A stretch of DNA of 64,000 nucleotides from Paraspadella gotoi (taxonomy: Eukaryota; Animalia; Chaetognatha). The notes beneath the pieces are model-generated. The model was not told where the DNA came from. It saw only the letters and a program-made list of their open reading frames with translations, and searched no databases. The position numbers and the translations under genes are program-made. Numbering within the stretch: position 1 is the first letter of the stretch; the number at the start of each line of letters is the position of its first letter. This document shows positions 26,901 through 40,804 of this stretch, in pieces. The stretch lies in NCBI GenBank assembly GCA_051294375.1, contig CM119271.1, positions 13,950,372 to 14,014,371 of the forward strand, given 5' to 3'.

Positions 26901-29900
26901 GGAACTAAGCCTAAAAACTACAAAAAATAACAAACAAAAAATATAACAAAAGACGCTGTCATCAAAACTAGTAACATTACTAAAAATGTTAAAAACTACT
27001 TGATGAAAAACTGTAAAAACGAAAGTCAATGACAAATTGAAAAGAGACGTGAAACGCTAAAAACGTCAAAAGACTGAATAAGTAATCTTTAATGACATTT
27101 ACTTTTGTTTTGTCTACAGAGAAAACTTGCGGATCGAAACTGCGTGGAAACTTGGAGGGTCGACAACCACCCGATTTATAATCAGTGAGAATTGATATCT
27201 ATTTAATTAATATTCACATTATTATTTTTGGGATTTCTAAAATAAATTTCCGCCCAATTTAATAAAGAATACTAATTCGTTAATTTGAAACTACAATATG
27301 CAAATGAGAATAACGAATTTAATCTCGAAGGCCATCTCATTGCCGCAACCAATCGGCGACGCTCAGCAAATACTCGGCCAGCGATTTGATCGGATTCGAA
27401 GAGAAGATGAACAAATTTTATGGCGGAGTCGAGAGAGCTCCGGTCGACGTCAGATTCTCCAAGCACGCCACCATGGACGTCGGGAGGAGCAAAGCCTTTT
27501 TGGAGGGTCTCAGGTGAGTCGCGCGTCGGAAGACTTCAGAATCGAATTTGGATGTCGACTAAGATTTTTGATTTTTTTTTGTCCCTCAGATCCATGAGAC
27601 TGGAAGGGTCTTAGCAGCGGACGGAAGGTGATAACCTCGACAACGGTTACTCGATGCAGCAACAGCAACAATCGCAACTCTACGATACCGTCTACGGGTC
27701 CACCCATCACCCGGACGACAAGAGCCTGATGCATTACCTGCAACAGCAGGAAATTCAGCAGCAGCAGCACCTCTTCCCGTCTAACTCGAGCAACTTCCGC
27801 GACCAGTTCCGTCTGGCCGAGTTTCAGAACCGGCTCTTCTCCGACGGGAACCTGCAGGGAAACTTGCTCAGATCGGGGAGTTCCACGTTGTCCAACCTTC
27901 CGTCGAGATCCGCCGCCAGATTCCTTCCTGACTCGGACCCTCGTCAATGTCCTTCGCATTCGGGCGCCTCTCACTTGCCGCCCAGCATCGCCAAACTCAA
28001 GGCCGAGCACCTGGGACTAAGGGCCATGGCTCAGTCCACGGACAGACTCTTTCAGCGGGGTAAGTCGATTGTACAGGGTGATCTTGGGGAAAGAATCTCA
28101 CTTACCTTCTCCCTCTTCAGATTATCCGCTTCGTCCGTCCGGCAGCGAAAACAGCATCGGATCCGACGAACCAATCATGGAGAGGATGGGCGAGGGCGGC
28201 CTTACCATTCAGCGCTCCAGCACGTTGCTTCAGAAGCAGAGGAGCAAAGGTAAATCAAGTCGAAAACTCCTCTGCTCTTTTGTTTACTTCGAAATTTTTG
28301 CGTCCTTGTTTTTTTAAACTAGAATTTTTTGTTCGTTTTAAATCATAACTTATACAAGATTATTAGTCGTTTTATTTTGAATGGAAACAAAAAATCTGCC
28401 CGTTTCTTTATTCGAATCTATCATTCGAGTGTCTTTGAATCCAGGCCTCTTGCCTACGAGCTTGTCGTCTGGCCTCCGCCCTGCGGCGACGACGACGACG
28501 GCGACCAAAGATTTGTCCTACGCGAAGATCGCGACTCTCTCCACCAACAATCTCCTCCTCACCTTCGACCCTAAGGAGAAGTTGCGCAAGGGCGGCAACG
28601 GATTCGGGGTCGGCATCATCGGCGGCAAGCTCATTCCTGGTTCGTCCCTTACTTTTCCAGACGACGTTGCTCCATTGCGTCGCGAGTCTGTTAAAAAATT
28701 ACTCGCGACTCGTTTATCAACAGGCGGCGACGGCGAGATCGGCGCCTTCATCGCCAACATTCTCCCCGGAAGTCAAGTGGCTCACCTCCGCGACGCCGTC
28801 CGCGAGGGCGACCAGGTCCTCGAGTGGAACGGGGTCAACCTCATCGGGAAGACCTTCGAGGACGTGGAGAAGATCATCGCCGCCTCCGAGAACGAGGTGG
28901 AGATGGTGGTCCTTCGCGGCGCCGTCGCCGCTTACCCGCCGCCGGGTCCTCGCGGGTCGAAACGCGGAGTCGGAGTTGGCGGCGTCGAATTGGTCGATCC
29001 GCACGCCACTTACGATCTTCCATCTTCTCTCTCCTCGTCCTCTTCCCGCCCTTTGTTTCGCGACGGCGCCGTCGACGCCGCCCCGCCGCCTTTCGATTTC
29101 TCCCGCGGCGCCTGGGACGCTCCATCGGCTGCCGCATCGACGCGGCACTCTGCCCCGGAATCGATCGCCAACCCCTTGAGCAACACCCTTCGCCACTACT
29201 CCAACCATCGGCTGAACCAAACCCAACTGGCACGGGATCTTCGCGTGGTCAGCGCCAGCGGCAACGCCACCTACGCTCACCTCGAGTACTCCGATCCCCG
29301 CCAGACAGAGATTCAGTGGCGCAGGGCGGCGGCGGACCGCGAGACGGAGGCGGCGTTAGAGGCGGGTCCCGTTTACGACAACTCTGTCCACCGGGCGCAA
29401 AACGCGGCGCGATTGAAGGAGGAACAAATGCTGCTTATGCAACAGCAACAACAGCAATCACGCGTTGAAGGTCCGATGAGCGTCTCGTCGTCGTATTCGT
29501 TGCAGCTGCAAAAACAACAACAGCCACAGCAGCAGCAGCATTCGAGGGAGAGCACCCCCGGTCAATCGACGCCGTCTCGTTCATCGTCGCCGATGCAACA
29601 GCCGGACAGCATCAGTTCGCCGTCTTCCTCCTCATCCGGCAAATGGCAGCAGCCGCCGCCTCAGCCGCCTCAGCATCATCCTTACGCCATTGCCGACATA
29701 TCATCTTTATCATTGGAACATCCAGGCGAAACGCGCGTCCGCTCTTTGTCATCTTCTCCACATGAAACGTTGGAAACGCCCAAGGATCCGACGCAGCCTT
29801 TTTGCGCCGGGGACTCATTTGCGACGCTCGTTCACCCGGGCGCCAACAGTCAACAGCAACCACAGCCACAATATCACGGAACTACCTCCCAGGCTTCATC

Positions 29901-31032
29901 CGCATCCCAGTCCGATATTCAGCAATTGCAACAACAACAACATCAGCAGCAACAGCAGTTGCAGCAAAACATCCTCGCTCAGCTTCAGAGCGGATCCCTG
30001 AGCCAGGCGGACGCGGCCGCCGTCGCCGCACACCTGCCACCGGGATCTCTGCTCGACGTCTTTCATCATCGAATTACCGACGTCGGCGGTCAGCAGCAGC
30101 AGAAACAGCAACAGCATCAACAGTATAAACTGCAGCATCAGCCGCCGCAGCAACATCAGCAAGGTTATTTGTCTTTGGAGCGATCGAACAAATCTCCCGG
30201 AGGTCGCGGCGCCACCGGCGAACTCCAGCTCAAGTTCTTCTACGAGTCGATCACCCAGAGCCTTAACATCACCATCATCAAAGGCGCCAATCTGCTCTCG
30301 CTCGATGGATCCGGGTTGTGCAATCCTTTCGTCAAGGTCAGTGAAAACAAGGTAGAGAAAGTTGGACTCTTCGTCCTAAAGATTAACTTATTAATGGAAA
30401 TTAGTAACTTGATACCACGACAATATCCAAATGAGATTAATGGACGCAACCCGTGTAGAAATGTTGATTGTATCTTCCTTTTGTCACAGGTTTACCTCCT
30501 CAACACCCGAACTCCCGAGAACAAACGACGAACGAAGACGATCACGAAGACAGTGAACCCAGAGTGGAATCAAACGCTCGTCTATTCCCCGGTTCTCGCA
30601 TCCGAACTTCGATCCAAGACGCTCGAATTTACCGTTTGGGATTACGACAGGTCGAGATTATTAATTGACGCAACGAGTCATTCGTCATTTATAATAGTCG
30701 TGCCAATTTTATCGACCTCGTTGATCGGGAAATGTTTAAGATTTTCGGGATATTTACATCTACCGATAATAAGAATATAAAAAAACTACCGCTGGCTTCT
30801 CTCGTTATCGTTTTCTTCAGGGAAATTAGTCTCGATCACTCATTTTTCTAATATCTTTCTCTCCCTTCCCCTCCCTCTTTTCTCCATCAGATTTAAACCG
30901 AACGACTTCCTCGGCGAAGTCATCGTGGATCTTGACGATTCCCCTTTTCTCGATAACAAACCGCGATGGTTCAAGCTCCACAAGCAGGGAGGGCGTCAAC
31001 CCTTTCTCACTCTGGGCCACAAGCGAATCTGA
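20971..31032 (+). CDS. PCLO: Piccolo-like presynaptic active-zone scaffold (long low-complexity N-terminus, coiled coil, PDZ, polyQ, single C2)
   Basis: PDZ: NGFGVGIIGGKLIPG/GEIGAFIANILPG...QVLEWNGVNLIGKTFEDVEKII. C2: TGELQLKFFY...NPFVKVYLL...NKRRTKTITKTVNPEWNQTLVY...[24 protein letters not shown]...DNKPRWFKL. Both match the Piccolo/RIM family. Upstream exons (20971-21871, ~22260-22432, 23204-26227 and others) splice in frame. Stop at 31030-31032. Confidence 0.75.
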
Positions 31033-33063
31033 AAAAAACAAAAGGAAACAAAACAACCCGACCGAGGGTCTCTCATTGATTAGTCTGAAGCTCTTTATCA
31101 TGCAATGTACAATTGTCTTGGAATTAAATTCTTCGTTAATAGAAAGGAGAATACTAAATAACCGCGCGCGCGCCTATGAGATCGATTTTGTATTGGTTAC
31201 TAACTTTACCAAAACCAAAAAAAGATAGCTGCATTATAACCATTAACCAATTATTTCTAAGTATACCGATTGATATTTCAAATAGCCAGAAAGTATTTAT
31301 ACTCTCGATAACAGACCTAACTACGCTCATCAACATGGAAGGCACCTGGCTCAAAAAAAAAAGTTTTGGTCGCGCCATGCAGTTTTTTTTTTTCATATCC
31401 ATAGTACAACGACAACCAAAAATAAAACTTATTTTATCAATGCACAACTAGTCGCTGTGTGAATATAGTCGATTTCATATCATTATTTCCGCCATATCTC
31501 TCTTTAAACCCGGCCCCCTCTTTTTTTCTATCACAACCCCGTATCGCTCTAACTTCTCTTTATCACAAAAACCCATTTTTCGTCGTTGCTCAACTTTTTC
31601 TCATCGTTTTGGTTTCGTCTTCTCTTTTCCTGAGATGCTTTAGCCTTTACATTCTACAATTTGTACGTCCCACCGCGCTTTCTTGAACCGAACGACCGAA
31701 ACTTATTCTTTTCTTCCCTCATTCTTCATTTTTCTTCTATTTTCTTCTTATTCCTTTCATTTTATCCTTTATCCTTTATTTATTCTTTATCCTTCATTCT
31801 TTTCTCTGCTATTCATTTTTCCCCCCTACATATCTTGACTGCATTTAATTCTAAAGTATTTCATGGTAAACTCTCTCTCTCTTCTTTCCCTCCTCGCTAC
31901 AACGTGCGTTATTGGTGACGATAGAATCTCACATTCCTCAAAATTGATCTTTCATTTTCACACTTTGTCATCGATTTTTTCTCCCGTAGTATTAGATTTT
32001 TTTCCCCCAATTCCAAAATGTTTTGAACTGGACTGTTATGCTGACTGGATGTCTTTATTTTTAGGGAGAGCTTTAAAAATTCATTATGAATTGGGAAGGT
32101 ATCAAAACCATTGCTAATTATTCCTATTTGTACATCTCGACGTTAGTCCGAACGTTTTAAGTATTATACATTTTACAATGAAGAAGCATCGAGCGATCGT
32201 GCGTTCATACTTTCATAACGCATCCATTTATTTAACATATATCTAACGCATTCACCTTCTATATAACGTTAACGGTTTTAAATCAGCAATTTTGAGAAAA
32301 ACTTTCTCTCTCTCTCATCATAAATTTATCAGGTTAAATCTCTGGAGCGTGTGAAAACCAATAGTAAATTATACTTTTCCGACTTTCAGCTTCCAAAATT
32401 TCGGCTTAATATTTCCCCAAATAATTTAATAAAAAAATCCGAGGTTTCTGCTCGTATCATCAATACATCGTGGTGCTCTTATTGTAAACGTTTCAGTCAA
32501 CGATATTACACTTCCTAAAAAAAGATATTGAACCTACTTTTGTTTTTGTGTACTCCGTGTCTTAATAGCGCATTATTAATTTTTTATTATTATAGTGTTA
32601 TTTTTTCGCGTTCCCCCCCCCCGTAAAAAATGAAACAAAGTCCTTCCTTTCTGAAACTAGTCTCGCTTTTTTTGTACTTGGTTCTATACACCAAACTAGT
32701 TATTAGTAAAAATTGTAACGAAACCCCACTTACTTACACGCCAACATTTTTTAAAAGGCATTTAAAAAAAAAGAAGAATGAAACAGTAAATTCAAATTTT
32801 TTTTTCTTTTCAGTAGTTTAGTATTTATTTCTGAGGGTTTTTTTTATGTATACAGATGACTCAACTAAAAAGCGAACAAACTTAAAAAACCCGACGTGCG
32901 TTGTCATGGCGACGAAGTAAATAAACAAAAAGGGTATCGATGGATTCCATTGGAGATGATTCGGACGAAGTTTGAAGAGACGTCTATTCTGCTCCCCTGA
33001 CAGAAAGACGCGCCGGTTTTTGATCGATCGTTTTCTCCCTCCTCCCTTTTCCCTCCCCCGGCG

Positions 33064-36000
33064 ATGCACGGCGAGCGATCTTTCCGCGTGACGCTCGACG
33101 CCAACTTGACCAAACGACAGGCGTCGCCGTCGCTGTACAGAAGATGGAATCGGTTCTCCTCCTTGCAGGTGTGACCCTCTGAATCAAAATTGAACCTATT
33201 TGGCTTTATCATTAATTCATTTTAATATGTATATGAGATTGAAACATTCAATATTATTTAAGATCACATTAGAGGATTTACCTTGTTATCCTCTACCTTT
33301 TTTTAAAAATAGTATGTACAATGTACATCGTTATACATTTAAGCTTTGCAATTTGTTAAATAATGTAGTTTCGGGGATAGACAGACCAACTTATAAGTCT
33401 CGGCTGAACCTCTCCCCTCCCTCTTTCCTTCCTTCCCCCCCCCCTCACCCCCCCCCTAGCGTCTCCTTCTCTCCGTCGTCTTCCTCGCCTTCGTCCTCGT
33501 CGTCTTCATCCTCGTCCCCGTCATCAAACGCGACTTTTTCCGCTTGGATCGTCTCGTCGACGACGCCGCGTCCCCTTTGAGCCTCCGCATCGTCGAACGC
33601 TCCACGCTGGCCGAACCCGTCGGCTTCCGAGACGGCCGACGCGGTCCTCCATCCGCCAAAGATCGACGGTTCCATTTCGTTCGTTCCGGCGCCGGAAACG
33701 AGACGGGGAAGCCGTTCAAGTTCGAGGGACCGAAGAATCATAGACAAGTGAGGAGTGGATGAGGGGGAGGGGACAACTATGTCAATGACAACGACTATCA
33801 AACTATCAACTATCACGTGACCCTTAAGTGGATCAACTTCTCTAACTTCGCTCTGCGCAAAATACTTTGGAAGGCCTCCAAACAATAAGTATTAGGATTC
33901 CCTTTTTTCATCTTTGTCCTCCAGTCGGCTGTGGTGTCCGCCTTCAAGCACGCATGGCTCGCCTACAAGAAGTACGCGTGGGGCAAGGACGAGTTGCGCC
34001 CGATCTCCCGATCGAGCTCCGAGTGGTTTCGCTGCGGCCTCACGCTCCTCGACTCCATGGACACTCTCTACATCATGGGACTTGACGAGGAGTTCCAGGA
34101 GACGCGTGATTGGGTCGAGAGTGCCGATCTCGTTTCCGGGAAGGACGTCAACCTCTTTGAGTTTACCATTCGGTGAGAAGTAATTATGTTACGCCGCTCG
34201 TTTATCCTGATTTCTCTCATTCACCTTTTTTCTTGATTTTACTCCGAAGGCTTATTAAGTTATATTATTTTTTCTCATTCTTTAGATTCCCCCCCCCCGT
34301 TTTTACTTGTATATTTCATCGCTTTTCTATCCTCTTCTCTCCTTTTGCTTCCCCCCCCACCGCCTCTTAATTGTTTTTATTCCTTTTTTCTTTTCATTCG
34401 ATTCCGTTTTCTTGTTTCCATCTCTTATCCTCATTTTCCTTCTACTCAATTATTTTCTCTTTCCTCCTTTTCTTTTGTTTCTCTCCCTTTCTTTCCTCTT
34501 CTATAATTAATCCTTTTTTTTCCCTTCTCCTGTCCCCAGCGTGGTGGGCGGACTGTTGAGCGCCTACCACTTGTCCAAAGACGACGTCTTTCTCCTCAAA
34601 GCGACGATGCTCGGCGAGAGACTCATGCCAGCCTTCGGCTCTTCCTCAGGGATACCTTACTCCGACGTTAATCTCAAGACGGGTGAGTTTATTTCATTTT
34701 TTATATTATTCTGTATAATAAAACGAATTTATTTGGTTTTAAGGAAAGGCCCACGGCCCTCATTGGGGCTCCGATTCAAGCTTAAGCGAAGTCACCACGA
34801 TCCAGTTGGAGTTTAATGATCTCAGGTTACTTATTGTTTTTTTTGTTTTTTTTTTAAGGTCATTTATTTGAAATATGACATACTTTCGTCGCCTTTTCAT
34901 CTAGTTTGCATATTGCAGTTTCTATATCATCAACGGAATTGATTAATCGTCAACTTTAAAATATTTAAAATATTTAACATTCTCTAGTTTCTGCACAAAG
35001 GATCCCAAGTTCAGAGACGCCGCTTATCTAGTCACGAAGAAAGTTCACGAGCTCCCCAAGCGACACAAGGTGAAAACTGAACTCTTCAAATGTTATTCAA
35101 ATATTCTTCCAAAAAAATAAAAATCAATCATTATATTCATCCCTGACGAACAAGGCGCTGGTCCCGATGTATATCAACCCCGGCAGCGGAGCCTTCAAAT
35201 CGTCGGGGATGTTGACTCTGGGCGCCAGAGCCGATTCTTACTACGAGTATTTGCTCAAGCATTGGCTGCAGACGGGGAAAGCCGACAGAGCTCTAAAACA
35301 GGTTAACACTCGGCGTCCAAGCTGTGATGGAGAAAACGTCTTTCCTACAATCATTTTTTGTCCATCAGGATTACTTGGATGCGATAACGGCGATCTCGGA
35401 GCAACTGGTGGGAGAATCGGAGCCCAACCACTTGACCTTCGTTGGCGAGCGGGACATCGCCACCGGGAGGTTTTACGCTAAGATGGATCACCTCGTCTGC
35501 TTCTTGCCGGGTAAGTGAATAAAACGGAAAGAAAGTAAGTAACTGAACTTAATAACCTTGTTCACGAGGCTCATCACTCGCATGCCTCCATCGTATTTTC
35601 ATCCCAGGCACCCTCGCTCTCGGCTACGCCCACGGTTTCCCCGAATCCCACCTTCTTCTCGCGCGAAAATTGATGTTCACTTGTTTTCAAACTTACGTGA
35701 CGACCGAGACGGGACTGGCTCCCGAAATATCTCACTTCAACGTGATTCCAGGTCTGGCCAGGGATCGGAATGACGGTGGTAAGTCTCTTTTAAGCCGAAA
35801 GTCTTTCGCGGGATTGGTTTTCTTTGAAATCTCCCGCCTCTTTTTCCGTGTTGTTCCACCAATTCATCTCCTTTCTCTTTTACCTTCTCCGCGTCAGGGA
35901 GAAAGGCGGACATCTACATCAAATCGGCCGACAGTCACAACCTCTTGCGTCCGGAGACGGTCGAGTCGCTCTTCTACCTTTACGCCGTTACTGGAGAGGA

Positions 36001-36642
36001 GCAGTATCGCGAGTGGGGATGGAGAATCTTCTTGGCCTTTGAAAACCACACGCGACTCGAGGAAGGGTGAGGGGAGTTGTCAATCTTTTCATCAATACAT
36101 TACTTCAATGACGCATCTAAATATTATTCGGAAAACTCAATTATTAAACTCTAAAATATTTAAATAAAACTTTTGATAAAACCGAATCAAAAGAAAGGAG
36201 ATATAATTTCAACTGGTACAATATGCAAATGAGATTAAAAATAACTATCTAATTTGAAATGAACCACTAGTTAATAGTTATTGCTAAACTTCTTTCGCTT
36301 TAGTCGCAATTAAATACTTTCCTCCCCCCCCCAAGATACTCGTCGATCAACAACGTGAAGGACCCACGAAATCCCGAATACCGCGACAAGATGGAGTCTT
36401 TCTTTCTTGGCGAGACTCTCAAATACTTTTACCTTCTCTTCCAAGAAGAGGCTGGCGTCGACGTCGAGACGCGGACGTCGACCGGCGCCGAGACGCCGAC
36501 GTCGACCGGCGCCGTCCTCGACGTCAAAAAGCGACTCTGGCCAGAGTTGGACAAATGGGTCTTCAACACGGAGGCGCATCTCTTGCCGATGAGGTCGTCG
36601 ATGGACGTGACTGAGGGAATGAGAGGAGATGGCGGATTGTAA
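33064..36642 (+). CDS. MAN1B1: ER mannosyl-oligosaccharide 1,2-alpha-mannosidase (glycosyl hydrolase family 47)
   Basis: [10 protein letters not shown] followed by a TM segment; [116 protein letters not shown]. The start may be slightly upstream (ATG 32940 via a 34-nt intron). Confidence 0.93.
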
Positions 36643-37245
36643 CCTTCGGATGTCGAGTACCCGGGGGGGGGCGCCCTTTCTTGATTTCGGAACGATCTCG
36701 TTCTTCGTCCAGAATTCGGAGATTTTGTTGCTCGGAAAGCAAATTCTTGCGATGACATCGAATCGTCAGTAGGAAACTTAATATTCTGGTTTTTTTTTAG
36801 TCAGCTGTTAAGGCTAAAAATGCCTTCCACTGCGTTATAAACGATGATTGTTTATATTTTGAAACGCTATTACAAAAAGAAATAAAGAGTGACAAAGTCC
36901 AACGATAGTTTGTGTCTAACATAAACTCGTAGACTTCGCCTTTTTATATTCTTTCTCTTTAACAAACTTGGGTCATCCTTTATAAAAAATAAAAAAAAAA
37001 ACAATCATATTGTTTAAGTTTAGTCTTTTGAACATTTTTTTTTTTTTTTAATTTTTTCTGATTCTCATCCATTTCTTTTTCACGTTTTTCGTTGGCGCTC
37101 AAAAAAAAAAAGTTGAGATGATAAAGAAACTCGATCGAAGGAAACGTTTGTCTAAAAGTCGCCTTCACGATTTCTTAAAATATGTGAAGAAAAAAAATCG
37201 TTAAGCGAAACCAAAAAAAAAATGCATTCTAACCATTTTCACAAC

Positions 37246-39901
37246 ATGCTCGACTGGAGCATGGACGCCTCGTCGATCCTCTCCTGGGACGCCGGAGTCG
37301 AAGGCGCCGTCGGGGGAGCAGGTGGCGGCGCCACTCCCTCTGGTTTGTTAAATTTATAACGGCTTTGAGAGTTCATATTTAATTATTATTAAATTAATAA
37401 ATCCCTTCATTCTTAACTTTTCAGCGGGCGAGTCGAACGGGAACCTTCGCTTGGGCGGCGACTCTCTCTGTTCCTCTTATTACGAATGTCCTCCTTCGCT
37501 CGCCTCCTCCATGATGTCGTCCATGGCCTCCGCCTGCCTCACGCCTTGCACTCCGGTGAGTCATCTCGTTAACTTATCTTCGAACCTCACCTCATTTTAA
37601 ATAGTTCCTTTTCCTCTCCCGAAGGTGATGGACTCCGAGTCGTGGATCCAAGACGTGGGGAAAAAGTATCTCTTTCTCTCTGACGAAGCGCAGAACGAAC
37701 TCTTCAACCACCTCATCTCTCTCAGCGGCCCCAAGCAGCTTCACCACCTCTCCACCAAACTCGACGTCCTCCTCAAGCGGGACTTTGTTCGTTTCCTGCC
37801 TTACGATCTCTGCGCGCATTTGCTTCGCTTTTTGGACCCAGGTTTTATTTGTTAGTTTTTGTTTTTTGTTCGTTTAGTCGGTTTTTCGGGGTCATTTAAA
37901 AAAATATCCTTGCCCTTTCTTTTATTAGCCAAGATTCCAAACGTGCCTTGTTTTTTATTCAGAAACTCTGTTGACGTGCTGTTCCGTTTCTCGTTGTTGG
38001 TATCGCATCATCACTAAGTGTTATCCCGTTTGGCATCGAGCGTGCAAAGGGTAAATCATTCGTTTTAAGTTTTAACTATCGAAAAGGACGTCAGTCACAG
38101 TAGGCCACTTTCTCATCTCCCCCAAAGACTCTCCCTCGTCCTTCAACCGGAAATCACAAACGCGGCGTCGAACGGAGAGACCGGCGCCGCGGCTCGGCGC
38201 CTCAAGCGCCTCTACGTCCGGTCCAAGGCTCGATTGACGGCGCTGGGATCGGAGGGCGGCGCCTTCGATGTCAAGGATCTCGTCGGCCACAAGGACCGCG
38301 TCATGGTCGTTTATTACAACGACGGGAAATTGGCGACGGGATCCGACGATCTCTCCATCCGAATCTGGGACTGCGTCTCCGGTCGATCCCTCAAGGTCAT
38401 TCGGACGCACACGGTCGCAGACATAAAGTTCGACGAGAGGCAAGTCCTCTCCGCCTCGTTCGACAACACCATCGCCTGTTGGGATTATGAGTCGGGTGGG
38501 TGATTAAGAGATGGTCTGGCGACTAAAACTGTAACTAATTTCAAGAATGTTTGGAAACTTAAAGAAAGATTTAAATTTAATTTAATTTAATTTAAATTTA
38601 ATCTAAACAAAAATTCCCTGCGTCACAGGAATTCGCAAGCGCCTCTTCTTCGGACATGTCGGCGCCGTCTTCAGCGTCGACTACCGCGAGGACATCGACC
38701 TCCTCGTCTCGGGCTCCGCCGACATGACCGTCAAACTCTGGTCCTTCTCCTCCGGCATCCTCCTCTACTCGCAGCACGTCTATACGGAGTGGGTCACCAA
38801 GGTGATCCTCCACCAGTGCCGGGAGGACTGCGAGTGGGGCAAGCGGGGTTCTTTTATCCTCTTAGGTCAGGACAAGCACGATCTCGTCATTTCTCGTCTC
38901 GACTCTAACGGAGTCGTCTTGTCGGAGGAGTCGCTTCTCTCCGGTACCGGAGGTCTCTTGCCCAACACGTCGTTGAGGGTGAGTGGAGGCGCGGTCGGGG
39001 AGTATTGGAAATGGGAGAGAGCTGGATGGAAGAAGAAGTGGGCATTACCTAGGAGGATTTTTACCACAAATCATGATTGAACCTTATTTAAAATATGTCT
39101 GCAAAAATAATAAAATAAAAATTCTTAGAAAATCAAATTAAAAGATATGAAAAATAATCTCAACTGCTACAATATGCAAATGAGATTGAGTAACTTCCAG
39201 GTTACTTGAATCGAGACTTTGGGGAGAGTATTGGCCGATGAACGTTCGTCTTAAGGATGTTATTTGACAGGGACTGACGTTGACCTGCTGCCGCAAAATC
39301 CCCGCCTTCGTCAAGGGAGATTTTTATTTTTCTCAATGGACCTTTGGGGTGGAGACAGTTCACACTAACCAAAGGATTGAGTTCGAAGGTGAATTTCTTG
39401 CTCATAACCGTTTCCTATATTTATACATTTATGGCCTATTATAACTTATAACCATTTTCCCGCCCAGGCAAGCCGTCTTTGATCACGTGCCTCCTAGGCC
39501 TGGGGAAAAAGTACGGGGTTCTGCTGGGCGGTCAGGATGTCGTATACGTTTGGGACGTTGCCGCCAAGAGGCTCGTTGCGCGGCACCAAATGCCTTCTCT
39601 AAGGTACCTTTCTTAATTGCTCTTTTTTTTTTTCCTCCAAAGGTCAGGCAGTCCCGAGACTTCTCATTCGTGGGACAAAGAATTATCGATGGGTTTCAAA
39701 TCTCCTCCTACTCCTCTTCCTCCTCCTCCCTTTCCCAGAACGTCGAAGCGAGGATCGACCATCTCCCTCTGCTCCTTCGATTGGCTCGACGGCTTCGACG
39801 GCGCCAACGACCGCGGCCCCTTCCTCGCCGCCTCTCGCGCCGATCACGCCGTCCACCTCCTCGCGTGGAAGGACCTCGTCGGTGGAGGAGTCGAGGCTTA
39901 A
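37246..39901 (+). CDS. FBXW2: F-box/WD40 repeat protein 2
   Basis: ESWIQDVGKKYLFLSDEAQNELFNHLISLSGPKQLHHLSTKLDVLLKRDFVRFLPYDL..LDPETLLTCC, then WD repeats LVGHKDRVMVVYYNDGKLATGSDDLSIRIWD and GHVGAVFSVDY. This matches the FBXW2 layout, with an N-terminal extension of about 75 aa. Confidence 0.85.
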
Positions 39902-40804
39902 GCCACGACGACCACGATTATCGGAAACGTCTGCTCGATTCGCTTTTTGAAGACCCGCTTTGCAGAATTCCGGTGCGAGATGATTCTTTAATATTTTCCT
40001 TAATGAGATTCAGAAAAAATTAAAATACTGTAAAATTTTGAAACAAAATATAAAGATTGAAGTTTATTACTACAACACGTAATTGTGATTGAGAATCAAC
40101 TTTTACATTTGGTCTATATTTTTTTTCCCCCGCGTGCCAAATCTCTCGACTCATCGTGAAATTGCAAGAGACATATTATCTTTCTCCTGAATTACAGATT
40201 AATTGTTCCGACTTTGTGATATATGCTGTTTTTAAACCATTTTCCGGGGGTAGACTACTATTATATATTTTAATTGTAATTGCCATCGACTCTTCGTTAT
40301 CAGGCGATTTTTCATTTTGCTTTCTTCGTTTCTTTTCGCTGAATCGGCGCTTTAAGTTCTTCAACGTCCCGCTCTTGATCGTTGTTGTCATTTTAAGCAG
40401 CGAAAAAAAATCCTTTGATGTCCACTTACAACATTGATCTCGATTTGTTTGTGCAATGCCTAAAATAGAATTATTATTTATTTACAACGTGAATCTTTGT
40501 TTCATTACCGAGGCTGATTTCTCCGTAACAGTATTTATAGCCAAATTGTTTGAGCCTAATAGTGAGCCAATGGTGATAATCAATAGAGTTTAAAGCCGCA
40601 TAAAAAATATTTGGTTTTATTTTAACCTAAGCTCACTTATTATCTATATTTATTATTATTTATAAAAAGTTTTCATTCATACTTCAGTTACCAGTATGAA
40701 AGCTAATACTATGCAGAGAAACAGTTGACAGTTAAGCCAAATCGGCACAACAAGGTCGCCGCCATGAATCAGCATTTTTAAAGTCAGACCCTAAAACCGT
40801 CGCT

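Noticed and set aside
28381-30780. 799-aa ORF read as a single-exon gene
   Set aside because: It reads through stop-free in-frame introns (about 28640-28722 and 30337-30489) and is part of the Piccolo-like gene.
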